Assembly: GCA_028534125.1 (NCBI GenBank) | Contig: CM052817.1 | Coordinates: forward strand, 79,920,001 to 79,984,000 | DNA length: 64,000 bases | From: Lama glama | Taxonomy: Eukaryota | Reading direction: 5' to 3' | Shown: positions 12,410 through 25,555 of the stretch, one piece after another | Position numbering within the stretch: the first letter of the stretch is position 1 | How the letters are laid out: each line of letters opens with the position of its first letter | The notes under the pieces: model-generated | Told to the model about the DNA's origin: nothing | What the model saw: the letters and a program-made list of their open reading frames with translations, nothing else | The model's database searches: none | Position numbers and translations under genes: made by a program

Positions 12410-12892
12410 TGAGACAGGAAGAGGGCAGGGCACAGCCACTCAAGGAGTGCCACAGCAATTAACATCAAAATGGTGGAAGATTCAACCCCCCGTAGGCCTT
12501 GAGGCTCAGGATGATGAGAGATTTAACTCCTAGTAGATCTTGAGCTTCATTATATGCCCATTGTAATATTAACATGGTGAATAACACGCCCACAGGCACC
12601 ATGGCAGTCCCAAGGCTAGCCACAAAAGGTCTAAGAGTGGGAAATGGCCAACTTCCTGGGAACCCCAGCCGCTTCCCTTAGACTGGTCCTTCCACTTATT
12701 AGCTTATGAAACCACCAAGCCCATAAAACCCAGCAACACGGTGCCTCTCGGGTGCCCCTCTCCCTTCGGAGATGGCCCGCATTCTGTCTATGGAATGTGT
12801 ACCTACTTCTAATCTGAGCACCCAACCCCCACACCTCGTGGCCTTTCTCTTGCCTTTCAATGTATCTCTCTGAATAAATCTACCTTCACTCA
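12410..12892 (+). repeat. 3' U3-R segment (LTR lacking U5)
   Basis: Follows the purine tract gagtggggag and starts TG at 12410. TATA-like cataaaa at 12722-12728. aataaa at 12873-12878. Ends at CA 12891-12892, followed by As. Confidence 0.88.
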
Positions 12893-13281
12893 AAAGAAAA
12901 AAGTGCTTTCACTGTCTAGAGTCTATTCTTGGGTCAAGTTTGGTTCACTCAAGAGGAGCCATTGGAGGACTTTATCATGAGCTACAGCTAAAAGTCAGTC
13001 TTGTACCATGAAATCTAAGAGGTGCTCAATTTACAGTGTTGAGACTTAACCTCAGTCCTTCAATAAATGTAGCTTTAAATGTTGCTTTAACCAGAACAAC
13101 AGTGTATTTTATTTGTGGAATTTTAACAGCTGGTGCTACTGGGAAGAGTGTGTTCTATAGTTCCACAAGCTCGGCAATATTACTGTTAAACTAAAGTGAA
13201 GGCTCCTTGAGGGCCGTGACTTATTTTTCTTTTCAGCCCCTTCAGTGAAAAGCACCAGGTGTCGCCGATAGATGCAACCGG

Positions 13282-13901
13282 TGTTACAGGTTCTTGTCCC
13301 GCCCCAGAAAGAATTCAGAGACAAGAAGAGGTTAAAAGGTAAAGTCAGGATTTATTAAAGGATGGATAGTACACTCTCAGGGGAGAGCGGGCAGGCTCAG
13401 GTGAGTGGCTGCCCTGAGTTTCTTTAGCAAGTTAGCTACATAGGGTGTAAAAATGAATGGGCGGAATATTCACTGGGGAGGGAAGGGTTTGGGGTCGTAT
13501 TCCCTGATTATCATCCCAACTCCACCTTCCCGAAGGGAGGAGGGATTTTTGTCCTTATTTAGTCTGGATCAGAAGTGTCATGGCATCGGTGCATGATGGG
13601 TACTTCTGATCTGCAAGGCTAATTTTATTGAAATGAGGGCATAATGAGCAAAAGGTTACATTTGGACACTGGAAATTTCTGCCTTTTCTGACCTTTCTTT
13701 GTGGGTCTCCAGGCCAAAAGGTGTGGCCCCTTATCAGCCCAACGATTCCAGCTTTTCTTTCTCTGCCCAGGAATCCCTGCTGCTTACATGATGTGTGATT
13801 CCCTGCATTTGGCCTGTGCCCCTCCTTTCTGCCCAATTCCTGCCATTTGGTCTGTGTCCCCCCTTTCTCTGCTCATATCTAGCTATCTGCCTGCTCTAAC
13901 A
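13282..13901 (-). mobile_element. Solo LTR (ERV1-like), 620 bp
   Basis: TGTTA...TAACA terminal inverted repeats. 4-bp flanks ccgg/ctgg (a CpG-decayed TSD). Minus-strand AATAAA at 13351-13356. Confidence 0.8.
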
Positions 13902-14599
13902 CTGGCACATATAAAATTCAGTTATTGCTAAGTAGGACGTAGTGGAAGCACCCGGGTTGCCTTAAGCACAAACGCAGTTTTGTAGAAGCTGTATTTCAGT
14001 ACTTTTCAACAGTTCCTCCTTTCCCTTCATGCGATGGTTAAGGTTTTGTTTTGTTTTGTTTTGTTTTAACACTGTATAGAATCTATTTTGGTTTCTCAAT
14101 ATTTGAACTAGTCTAGATGCACATACTCAGACATGAGATGCAGGAACGTTTTGAATTACGCTGATGTCCAGGTCTTCTGTAATCTAATCAACTTAATTAC
14201 ACTGATGTTTTTAGACCCGTTAATACTGGAGGCTCATTCAACGTGCTCTGCGCTATGGGTCTGTTAGGCCCCCAGTGCTCGGGGTGGCCCTGAGCCCTGG
14301 CACAGTTTGCCTCCCTGCACATTTCTGTAAGGATAATATATTTTCTGTTATAGAAAAGTTTGTTTGGCTTCTACAGGGTAGATGAATTTGGGGCCTCTCC
14401 TCTCTTAGAACTAGTGCTCTGTGTTTAAGTTCTGAATCATTAAAGAAACAAACAAACAAAAAACTCAAAGAATAACAATTTTTCTTTGTTAATCATAAAA
14501 ATGAACAGATTCCCAGTAGAGAAGGATCCTGACTTTAATTCTTCCCTACTGAAGCAGGGGCTGGTGGGGCGTCCTGCAGCTACCATTAGAAATAGTATT

Positions 14600-14735
14600 G
14601 GGGGGTGTATAGCTCAGTGGTACAGCACATGCTTAGCACACCAGGTGCTGGGTTCAATCCCCAGTGCCTCCATTAAACTAAATAAGTAAATAAACCTAAC
14701 ACACACACCCTCCCCCACCTAAGGGAAAAACAAAA
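14600..14735 (+). mobile_element. tRNA-derived SINE, camelid Vic-1-like
   Basis: A box tagctcagtgg and B box ggttcaatcc, then the tail ccattaaactaaataagtaaataaacctaa. Degenerate TSD agaaatagtat / agaaacagcat. Confidence 0.8.
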
Positions 14736-17700
14736 AGAAACAGCATCAAAGGTAAAGACTTTACAGGGCTTGGAGAACCATATAAAAGCACTCTTTGGTA
14801 GTTTCTGGAAATGAAATAGAAGATAATCCTGCCAAAACTATACCCACATTTGAAGCCGTAACACCGAAGACCTAGGGTATAGTTACGTATGGGATGTTCG
14901 CTGTGAAAATTTGAACTAGATGAGAGTCATAGGGCTTTTTCTCCTTGCCTCATTTAATTCATGTAGCCCCTCCCTGTTTAATAGTCTCAAAGTATTTTGT
15001 GGGTCTGGAACAGTCATTTGCAAACCTGAGTGTGCATGAGGCTCACCTTTACAGACTGATTCAGTAGGCCTGGGCTGGGTTCAGGAAACCACACTTAAAA
15101 CAGACCCAGATCTATCTTTATTTGTTTATTTGTCTGTAACCGGCAGTGGGCCCCGCGTCTGACCGTTGCCTGGCCGTTGCCTCTGCCTCCCTTCTTTTTC
15201 CACCATCGTCTGGGGAGAGAAGGAGCAAGCCTGCTGCCTTCCCCTTCATGTCTGGACCTCCAGAAACTAAATCTCTAGGATCTGTCTGGCCGAGTCTGTC
15301 CCTTGATGTGCTAAATGGGGAACTAACATGGGAGGTGGGATTTTATTAACGTTCATTAATGAGGGAATCAGTAAGATAATACATCCAGCATATGGGTCAT
15401 TAGGAATGCTGAACTGAATTTGCAAACAGACATAAGACGGGTCAGTATCCACAGGGCCATAATCTGTTGTATTCTGCGGGAAAATATTAATTTGCGTTTC
15501 TATGGACAAGAATCATTTGCATTACTGTAAGTTTTCTAGGACTTACTGAGTTGTAAAACAGCTCATATACTGGTCTCAGACCCCTACAGAACCAGACAGC
15601 CTGGAAGGGTGTGCTAAATAGGGCACCCAGAGATTTTTTTTTTTTCCTCTTTAAACGTCTTTCAAAATTTTCCCAGCACAAAGACCTAAATTTTCTTACC
15701 TAATTGAGAGATTGGGACTAGTGACTTCTGAGACCCTTCGATTCCAACATCCCATCACTCTGATTCCTTGGCCATTATCTATGTGTGTGAATAAAACTCA
15801 GGGATTCTTTTTTGTTATTATGTCAGCACTCTGGTGGTCATGTGTGTTAGACTCAGCCATAGCTATCAGTGCATCCTCATGCATTCTCTGTCTAAAAATA
15901 AAATCAAATGCGAATTCTGCCTTTCAGTTACTTTTAGGTGAGTGTGTGTGTGTGACAGAGAGTGCATTTGTAAATGAGAGCAGAACCTGAGCACAAGTAT
16001 TCTGGTATATTTGTTCACTGTCTTTACCAAATGCTATCTATTGCATACCCTCCTAACTTGGTTAGTATAAGTCAGGGCGATATTGTATAGATTTTGCAGA
16101 AACTTTGAGAAGCAATGAATCAAGATTTCTCTCATTCTTGTAGACCTTCCTGCAGGGCAGATACAGCAGGTCACTTTAAGATTGCTTTGTGGTGGTGCTG
16201 GTCATTGTGGTATTGAGGGTATCAAAAATTGGTGGAGCTGGTGATGGAGTGTTAGTGTTAGGTGAGAAAATAGGAAGATACTAAAGTGTGATTTTTTTTA
16301 ATTTACTTCATTTCTCCTGCACTAGACTAAGTTCTAAATTTTAAAGCAATGGAGAAGAGGGACAGAGACTCTTTAACTTTGTAACTCAACAAATATTTGT
16401 TGAATGAATAATGGAACTACCTTTCCTTTTTCTAAACAAAGAGCCCAGGTATCCTAAAAACCTCTTAACTTACTGAATTGTTTAAAAATCTAGTATATTT
16501 GAAGGTGTGAAAGAATGACTAATGACTTTGTGAAGCTGATCTTTTCTGAGGATAAATATTCTGCTTTGTAGATTTTATCAGGTAAAACCCCATTCAGTTT
16601 AGAAATCAGCATCAAAACTTCTTTCTTATTTAAATTTGTTTATTCTCATTTGAATGATCTCATTTGAACTAAAACGATATTCTTGATGGTAAAACATAAA
16701 AACAATCACATTTCTTTGTTTCAGTCTTTCTTTTCTTTCATCCCAGTCATTTCTGTAGAAACAGAGACCGAAATGACTGGGGAACGTTATGGAGGATTTC
16801 TGGTAATAATACACCTACACAAATGTGCTGCAGGAAGTTGAAGTCCATACTTGATGCCCTCGCAGCTTATGACTTGATGAATCGTATAAGAACTTAGGAC
16901 TATTACCACTGAATGTTAAAAATCTACATCCCGAATATATTTTTCTGTACCCATAACATCACATGGATTTAAGAGCCAAAACATCAAAGGCCTAGGTTTG
17001 ATACACACAGAGACAGACATTTGTATTGGTCTACACAGATACACACACGCACAGAGGTGGTTGCAAGGAAGATGCAGGAGGTTGACATGGAGGATGAGAC
17101 GATGCAAAGAGGTAACTAATATTCATTAACTCCTTTTATGTGTGAGCCAAATGTCATTCATTCATTCATTTTATGGTCACAAGAACCCTAAGAAGTAGTT
17201 TCTAGTAACACCATTTTACAGATGAAGACTATGAGACCCCATAATAAATAGCCCAGCTTTTGAAACAAGTTCTGCCTGATTCCAAAGCTAATAGGACATA
17301 TAGTAAGACTTCCTGTTGTCCTTGAACTGCAGTGAGGGTTCCAGACTAAAGCCAAAAATCAGTGACTATGTCTATACTTTAAAATCAGAGAGCTGCCAGC
17401 ACCTGGAGCCGGCCACGTTCAGCTGGAACTTCAAGTAGCAGAATTGCTCCGACCACCCATCCTGTGTACCTCCTACCTGGGCTCCTACCCACCCCACCGA
17501 GAGGACTGAGAGGGAAAGAGGTGTAGTATTCCCCTCCCAAAGCTAAGGGAAAGGGGAATGAAAGAATTTCTTCTAAAGATTGGGTGCCTACAAGAAGAGG
17601 GAACCAACATTTTTATCCCCACAATGGGGTTTGGTTCAAGAGCAGACATGTTGCTTGTTCCCCAGGTGACGTGAAGAGGGGCAAAGTGATTTAGAGAGAA

Positions 17701-17847
17701 AGGGCATGGTGACATCCAAGGACCACTCTGCCTGTGATCTGTCGGTTTGCATTAGAAGATGGATCCCGTGTGTGCCTACTGATCTAACAGTTTGCTGAAA
17801 GGTGAGGACTGGGGCTATGGTTCTGGGCAATGTAGGCAGTGTGTATG

Positions 17848-17882
17848 AGTGTGTGTGTGTGTGTGTGTGTTTATGTGTGTGT
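17848..17882. repeat. (TG)n microsatellite
   Basis: Direct reading of the gtgtgtgt run. Confidence 0.9.
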
Positions 17883-18058
17883 TGGGAAGGAGGATGCTGG
17901 CAAAGAGGGGCATGCATCACAGGGTAAATGCCACAACTAGGGGTCACCTAGAATAGATGGCCAGTGCCTAGAGGGGCTGCTGCACTGGAATCAGCTCCCT
18001 CTCCCCACCCCAACATGCCTGCTGTCTGGGAAGGGTGTTGGGGCCTCCTCATCAGCTC

Positions 18059-18711
18059 TGTAGACACTGAACAGAAGTGTAGTCGTGGTCAACCAAGAAG
18101 TAGTCTGCCACTCTGCCCCTCCTCCCCTCCCCCACTTCCCCCACTTGAAACACAGCTGGAAGCAGGAGGAGGGTATGGGTACAGAGCCACTCATGGTCCC
18201 TTCAGGCGGATCGAGCCTGAGCTGGAGGAAGGAGGAGGTGAACTTTGAATCAAGTTTGAGAACAGGACTAAATCGTAAATGCCAGAATTAGACGGTTCTA
18301 GTAACCAAAATCGGCAGAAAAAAAATTTTTAAATGGCCAATATATCGTTAAATAAGCCAATACTGGAGGGAAAGTTTGGGGGATGGGCTCTGCCCAGGGG
18401 AGTTACGGGAAAATATAAAACTTTTATATTTATACACCCCCTCCAACAAAAGTTAAGAATAGTCACCAAACCAATTACTTTATTATTTTTTCCTCTTTGT
18501 AACCCTGATAAGGATAATGAGCCAGAGGCATATTTCTGGCACCTCAGGGCCCTTCTTAAGACTTCCCCCAAGTAGCCGGGACTCCTCAAAGCTGGTAAGA
18601 CTGCGTGTTTCCCATGGCGACTAACCCCTGAGGTGTCCCTGCCTCTACCAGACATCCACCTCCCATCAACCCGACTTGATGAGAAAGTTCCCGGCTGGCT
18701 TACTGGTCACA
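18059..18711. mobile_element. Probable solo LTR, 653 bp
   Basis: TG...CA termini and a perfect 4-bp TSD gctc (18055-18058, 18712-18715). Internal CCAAT x2 and TATA-like AT tract. Retains CpGs. Orientation not determined. Confidence 0.6.
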
Positions 18712-18959
18712 GCTCTGAGATGAAGAAAGAGGCCCCCAGCTCCTCTGCAGGACCAATGGATCAAATGCTTCAAAATACTCTTAGATTCAGGGCATCTTGA
18801 ATCTTTAAATGGCAGGTTTAGACATTGTGCCTTTGTAAGACATGCCGCTCAAAAGCTTACTCTCCCCTTTCCCTGATCCGTAACCCCCATATATTCACAG
18901 ACACCTAACTCTTGAAGGAGCAGTATCTATATCTAATTTAGTTCATTGCATCAGTGATC

Positions 18960-19260
18960 ATTGTGGTAGCCTGCATCACTGCCTCCAAGTCGCTGCCCCT
19001 TCCTGTGTCCGTGTCTTTTGCCACAGACCTCGCAATTCTTCCCCCTAAGGGAGCAGAATATATTTCCCCTCCCCTTGACTTTGAGTTTAGCCATGTGACT
19101 TGCCTTGGGCAACAGAATGGAAGGGAAATGATGATGTGAGCCCAGTCCTTAAGAGGCCTTGAACATTGCCTCTCACAGACATGTGAGTCATATAGTTTTT
19201 GTTTTAAGCCACTGAATTTAGGGGTGAGGTTTATAATGCACTAAAAGCCAAGTGATACTG
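18960..19260 (+). mobile_element. MaLR (MLT1-type) LTR, internally deleted
   Basis: ccatgtgacttgccttgg and ttttgttttaagccactga motifs. Confidence 0.6.
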
Positions 19261-19664
19261 TCATTTTTCTAATACAGTGAAGATGTGGTAGAATTTAAAC
19301 AAGGAAAAAATGCTATTATTTCTCAAATAATTTTCCCTTGGACTGTATTTGCTAGCTTAATGTTACTGAATTAATTCTGATTTATATTTTGCCCTGAAAT
19401 ATATGTATTTCCTGGCATAGTCTAAGAGAAAAAAATGTATGTAGGCTCTCCTTCTATAGAACTCTGGAGGGCTGCCCAGTCACTGCTGACAAAGCAGCCT
19501 CCTACACACATCATTTTGTACAGCGCACACACAGTTCATTCGGAAAGCAGCTAAAGCTGCTTGCTGTGTTGCAGTCCAGAACTTTGAGTCACTTATTTAG
19601 AATTCAGAGCACCTTTTCCTATAGAAACAATATCACAATGTTTCTGGGCAAATGTACAAAAGCC

Positions 19665-19950
19665 CGTTTATGATAAGTAAGACACAGATAGAACCAACAG
19701 GTGGTTGCAGAGGGGAGAAGGGTAGGGGTTGTGGACAAAATAAGTGAAGGTACTAAGAGGTACAAACTTACAATTATAAAATAAATAAGTCACGGGGATA
19801 TACCACACAAAATGGTCAACCACACCATAATAACTTAAGATGGTTACTAGACTCATCCTAGTGATCATTTCGTCATCCATTTAAATGTCGAATCACTATA
19901 TATGTACACCTGAAACTTCCTAATATTGTACATCAACTATATTTCAATAA
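19665..19950 (+). mobile_element. LINE-1 3'UTR fragment
   Basis: gaggtacaaactt, tgtacacctgaaact...tgtacatcaactatatttcaata match an L1 3' end. Confidence 0.75.
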
Positions 19951-22660
19951 CAAATTGGTTTTTAAAAGCCCATTTAACCCCACAGTATAATGATACCAGT
20001 AATGATACCAGTAATGCCCAGCGCACAAGGGAGAACGGGTTTCACCCGCTGCTCAGGTCTCCTGTGCTCTCTACGTGCCCCACCCCTTCTCCTTGTGTGC
20101 TCTTTCCAAAGAAAGACAAGTGGCTGGATGGTTAAAGCCTACCGTTCACTGGGCCTCCTGGGCGGGCAGGATCACAATACCAGAAAGCGGTGAAGACCCG
20201 CCACTGCCCCTCAGCTGGGTCTCCTCCAGCACGACTGTTTGCCTTCATGGATGTAAAGTCTGCTCTGCAGTCTCTCTCTCTCCCTCCCTCCCTCCCAGGC
20301 ATACCTGAACCTACAGTTCCCACGTGTCATGTTAGCAAAGGCAACAGAAAATCCCACTTTAGTTTCAGGCCTGGATGAGTTCCCATCACAGAGTATCCAA
20401 AATCCTTTAACCAGGGAATTAAAAAAAAAATCCTTGTGCAGATTAATAAGTAAGTGCTCGATTTCTCTCATTTGGCTGGTGATCCTTGCTAGATACATCA
20501 TCAGTCAGAGAGCTGGGGGGACCAGACCAGGGGAGCTGGCATATAGAACTCCTAAGACCCAGCTTCTTCTGTTCATTATTCCTGTTGGGGAATTCTTCCT
20601 ATTCCCTGACTGAGGAAGCCTCGGTGCATGTTGAACGCAACTTCCTTTTGTGTCTTGAAGGGGAGACCCTTCCATTTCACAATGACTCGTCTTTTGGAAG
20701 ACTCTCAGGTTCCTTTCTGCAGGAGTAGTACTCATGTTTTGTTAGAAGAGGGACATAAAAGTTGATTTTAGAGAAACCAAGAGACGTACTTAAAAGTGTC
20801 TGTGTGTTGCATTTCTTTAAGAATTGCATAAAAATGCCTTGATTTATTCTGCTCAGTTCAGAGCTCAGAGATTTAACTGCTCCCTATCCTTAGCTTCAAC
20901 TGATACAAACTCATTCTAGTACAAACTCTGCCTTCAATAAGATCACTATATTAACTAACATTAAGTCTTTTATTCAGTTAAAACTTTATTAATTTTTAAA
21001 TTTCATATTTTTAACAAATCAAACTATTTAGTATAGACATATGCTCATTCTGTTTATTACTAGAATTTTCTTCTTAAATTTGTTGGAAGCCATTTCTTTC
21101 CATCGTCTGTGTCTCTTAAGAGCCTCCTATGCTAAAAAAAAAAAAAAAGATCATGTAAGTTCTCATTTGACAATTTTCCCTATAGGTTTTATAGACAGTA
21201 AAACATATTACTGATAATCATAGAACTATAAAAATTTATTAAGATTTTTTAAACTATGAGATTTTCCAGCCCTGGGATGTAGCTGATATTTTTTAAAATA
21301 TAGCTGGTATTTTAAAAAATGAGTTTGAATCTATGTATCATGTTTTACATAGAGTCCAAATACTGGTTACAGACATTGTGAGACCTCACCCCTAGATAAC
21401 TCAAAAGGGCTTAAAGACTAAGTGAGGCCATCTTGTGAAGCAACTGAGTACCTCCCAAAGCATTTTAAAAACCCTCTCGGGAATGTCATGTTCTTACTCT
21501 TGAGTGGCTCAGGATTATTACCCATCCCTGCTGTCCTCTGGCCCCAAGCTGGGCCAATGGAAGCCCCTGCCAGCAGCCAGATGAGCCGCACAGATCCTGG
21601 CCCTTCTCTGTGGGGGGCTTTGGTGCAGTGCGTGGCTGACCGCTCCTGTGTGGAAGCAGCTTATCTGCAGTGTGTGGGAGAGCATGGACATTCTGAGAGA
21701 GGCAGGGACAAGCAAAGGAAAGAAAGCCCCTGCAGACTTTGACCCTGGCTCCACGTGCCCAAGGGCCATATAACTCTGTGCACCTCCCACAGTCACAGGA
21801 GTGACGGGATTCTCTTTAAAAGAGATAAAAATACTCCTCTCTTTGAATTACAGAAATGAGGATGCTCCTAGAACCTGGCACTGCTTTTAGCCACTCCCCG
21901 CACACTCCAATGTCATGAGCCACCAGTTGTCGGGAGGCCAAGAAGGAAGGTAGGATCTCAGGGTCAGACATCCCCCGAAGAACGTGGGCACCAGCACACA
22001 CTCTTCTGAGATGTCTGTCCTCCTAAGCTTTGGAGGAGGTGGGCACGCCATCTGGCCCTAACACCTCTCAAATTTCACCTGTTCCTTTTAGAAATCATAG
22101 CAAAACTGTAGCAGTTTACAGGTCATAGTAAAATCTCTTTTCCTGCTGATATAATTTGAGATGTCGTATTATACATATAAAGAAACGATCCACTAATAAG
22201 AATTTCAATATTCAACTAAGACATTGTTATTACTGTCAACAGTTATTAATAAACAAAAGTAAAACACTCTGCACTTTGGGGTCCAAGAACAAAAAAACCA
22301 TGCAGCCAAGGAAGCAAAATGAAACCAAGAAACTAGATACAAATGATTGGTTTCATAAGTGTGTCTGTATGTACATATATACATACAGTAATATATATAT
22401 ACTAATCAACAAGAGTGTAATATAGCAATTATGTAAGTACAATTCCTTTTTAGTGTTTGAGCACTTAAGAAGGTGGCTCTTCATGTTAACAGCTTGATTG
22501 AGGACAACTTGGGGAGAAATTTTGCCACACCATAAACAGGTTTTTATCTTTTTGGTCCACTTTTGTAGGAGCTCCCTTCCAGGACTTGTTTCTTAACAAT
22601 GTTAAAGTTTACTCAGTGTTTCTAAAAAATTATCATAAAGTGTCAGAAATGAAATACACT

Positions 22661-22974
22661 CAGTCATCTGTCAGTATCCCAGAGGATTGGTTCCAGGACC
22701 CACCTTGGATACCAAAGTGTGCAGGTGCTCAAGTCCCTTATAGAAAATGGCGTTAGTAGTGTTTGCATGTAACCTATGCATATCCTCCTATAGACTTTAA
22801 ATCATCATTGGGTCACTTACGATGCAATGTAAATGCTGTGTAAATATTTGCCAGGTGAGGTAAATTCAAGTTTTGCTTTATTAAACTTTCTGGAATTTTC
22901 TTCCCCGCAGTATTTTTAATACACAGTTGGCTGAATCCATGGATACAGAACCTACAGATATGGAAAGCTAACTG
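22661..22974. mobile_element. Tigger-family DNA transposon (MER2-like)
   Basis: ggattggttccaggaccc...gctcaagtcccttat internally, with cagt...actg termini. Confidence 0.7.
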
Positions 22975-25210
22975 TAAAGAAACTTGGCAAATGAGCACAA
23001 AGAAATAATAAATGGGAGCTAAAAACATAGATCAAAGAGACAACTGTGTTGCAATAGTAAGAAGAGTTTCATGCTGGCTGGATAACTGCCTTACTTCCCT
23101 GTCTCTCTTTGACTCTGATAAAGGAGTTGGTGAATGCCATGGATTTTAACAGGTTACTCAGTGCTTTCAAAAGAAGTGTCCTAATAGTGATCACTTGTGT
23201 GTCTCTAATTTCTAACTATAAAAAATGATGCTTATTTGCCATATTATATGTAATAAATATATATACTATTTATGTAGAATACACATGTATAAATAGATAA
23301 ATAAAATTCCAAGATCCTTTTTATATAGAACCGCTCCTAGGGAGTAGAAATTAAGATTGTGGCCATCAGAAGTCCAACAGCCTGATACACAGAAATGTTC
23401 AGTCTTTCCTTTGAAGGTGGCAACAACCTTAAACCCAAGCCTTTCCATGTGGATTATGTGTGCTGCCCAACAGTATGGCATGGACACAGTCCCTCCTTCC
23501 TTCCAAAAGGGAGGCATTTTAATGATTTCTTGATGTTTCATGCCAAAGTTAATGGTAGCTCATCCAAAGAAAGATCTTATTTGAGATCGAGAGGAATGCT
23601 CTAAAAATTCAATCTTTGAGATGAAATAATAAAGCTCTAAGGTAGGAGGGACTGGAAAACTGTTCAACTGCCCCATGTTGACTCTTGCTCAGAGAACTTC
23701 CTCGTTCCCTAGATAGCGCAGGGAATCTGCATAGCGATCATTGGATGGGTATTTCTTGGCTTACTGCTCAGAGAGCCACCTATATGTATGAGATTATTCA
23801 TAACTAGTCACATGTATTCATTTAAAAATATTTTTCCGGTTCCTGCTGGGTGAGACAGGCACTGCATTACAGTGGAAAGAATAAGGAACGGATAGACTGA
23901 CAGACATGGAAAGGGGGAGCGAGGGACAGCAAAGGGGAAATGGATTCATTATGACACACAAGTGTAAAATTCCCTAGTTAAGACCAATGCAGCATTAAAA
24001 ATATGTATGTAAAGGCATGGTTTGGTACTTTTCCATTAATTTTTCAAAGGTCTTGACCTCCTAAAGAAAAATTTCTGACTAAAAGGGGTTTTCCTTACCA
24101 CACAGTTCCTTCTTCTGCTGGGACCTACAGCGAAATGCAATCCTATATTTGGCCTTCAGACAGTTGCCATGGAAATGAGAGCGGCAAACACTTTCAGCTT
24201 TCTGGCTTCACTGTGGGATCCAGCGTAGGACATGATTAAGCTGTCAGAGAACCTCCTGAAGTCAAGTTTTACCTGATAACTAAGAGTTTCCAGAAAAATG
24301 GTGACACATACGGGAAGGAAAATAGATTGCTTAACTCACTCTGAAAAATCCCTTTTGATTCATAGACTGTCTACATGATTGAAACATAAGAAACCATCTC
24401 TTTCTCTCATCAGCCTCTTCTTAATTCACAGACGAGTACCTTGGGGGGCAAATAATACTTCCTTGGGCTTGCGTGAGAAGGAATCACATTAACAAAAGGA
24501 AAATAGGGCTCCTGGATGCTGAAGAAATGAGAGAGCAAGATGCTAAGTTAGGGGAGAGGCAGTGACAAAGTGAATGAGAGGGAGGGGTTCAAATGTTGTT
24601 TAAGCTATTTTTAAGGAAAATTAAATATCCTATTTGCAAAAACAGATGGCACTGTGGATGTCAGAGAACACTGGCTTTTCACAGCTGGAACCAGAGATGA
24701 TTGGGAGCTTGAGGGGGGCTATATGGCAATGGACTTGAAACTCTTTGTTCCCCTTGTCCCCAGCAAACCAGACCTGGCTTCTCTGGGAAAGCACTAGCCA
24801 TCACTTTGAATCCATTGAGTCGTTCTACTCCACATCACTGGCCTCTAATGAAGCTCTATTGGATTGAGTAGGGTCAATGGTTTTTATATTAGGATTAAAG
24901 AGAACAGACCACTCTATGTAGTACTATGGCTACAAGCAAAAGAACTGATTGGCAGAAGCCAATACTTAGACAGCTACTTGGAAGAAGACTTCTCAGATAT
25001 TGATGGACAAGCAAAAAGAAGTTGCAATTTGAAAAGATCATACCCTCTATCTTCCATTTGGGATTGTTTAGTTCTTCTAGTTAAAAATACCCCTTCTTCT
25101 GTATACTTGCTGGAGCATCTGTAAATTATTACAACCACTTTGGAAATTAAGTTGGAAATATCTAGAAAAGTTGAAGATACAGATTTCACATAGCCCACCA
25201 CTAGGTGACT

Positions 25211-25555
25211 ACTCTGACTGAATTGTGTCCTCCTAAAATGCAGATGTTGAAGCCTTAACCCACATAAGACTGTATCTGGAGATAGGACCCTTAGTATGTA
25301 ATTAAGTTTAAATGAGATCATAAGGATGGGGCCCTAAACTGATATGATGAGAACTCTCTCTCCCCTCTGCCTTGTGAGAACATAGCTAGAAGGTGACCAT
25401 CTACAATCCAGGAAAAGAGTTTTCACCAGAATCCAACCATGCTGACACTCTGATGTTGGACTTCCAGCCTCTAGAACTGTGAAAAAACTGATTTTTTGTT
25501 GTTTAAACCACCAGTCTATGGTATTTTGTTATGGCAGCTGAAGCTGATGAAGACA
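25211..25555 (+). mobile_element. MLT1A/B-like LTR nested in an old L1 fragment (~24950-26110)
   Basis: ctgaattgtgtcc...ggacttccagcctctagaactgtg...gtctatggtattttgttatggcagc. Confidence 0.7.

Larger units (their letters stand above)
7442..12897 (+). mobile_element. Defective class I ERV in processed (RNA-copy) form: R-U5-PBS-gag-pro-dRT-RNaseH end-IN-denv-PPT-U3-R-polyA
   Basis: R repeats at 7442-7585 and 12749-12892. No U3 at the 5' end and no U5 at the 3' end. Short A-rich tail. TSD aaaaagtgcttt at 7430-7441 and 12898-12909. gag, protease and integrase motifs inside. Confidence 0.93.

Noticed and set aside
7442..12897. Intact provirus or domesticated gag/env gene
   Set aside because: gag and pol carry stops and frameshifts, RT and env are deleted, and both LTRs are incomplete.
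14600..14672. tRNA gene
   Set aside because: It has A and B boxes but a degenerate cloverleaf, a SINE tail and a TSD.
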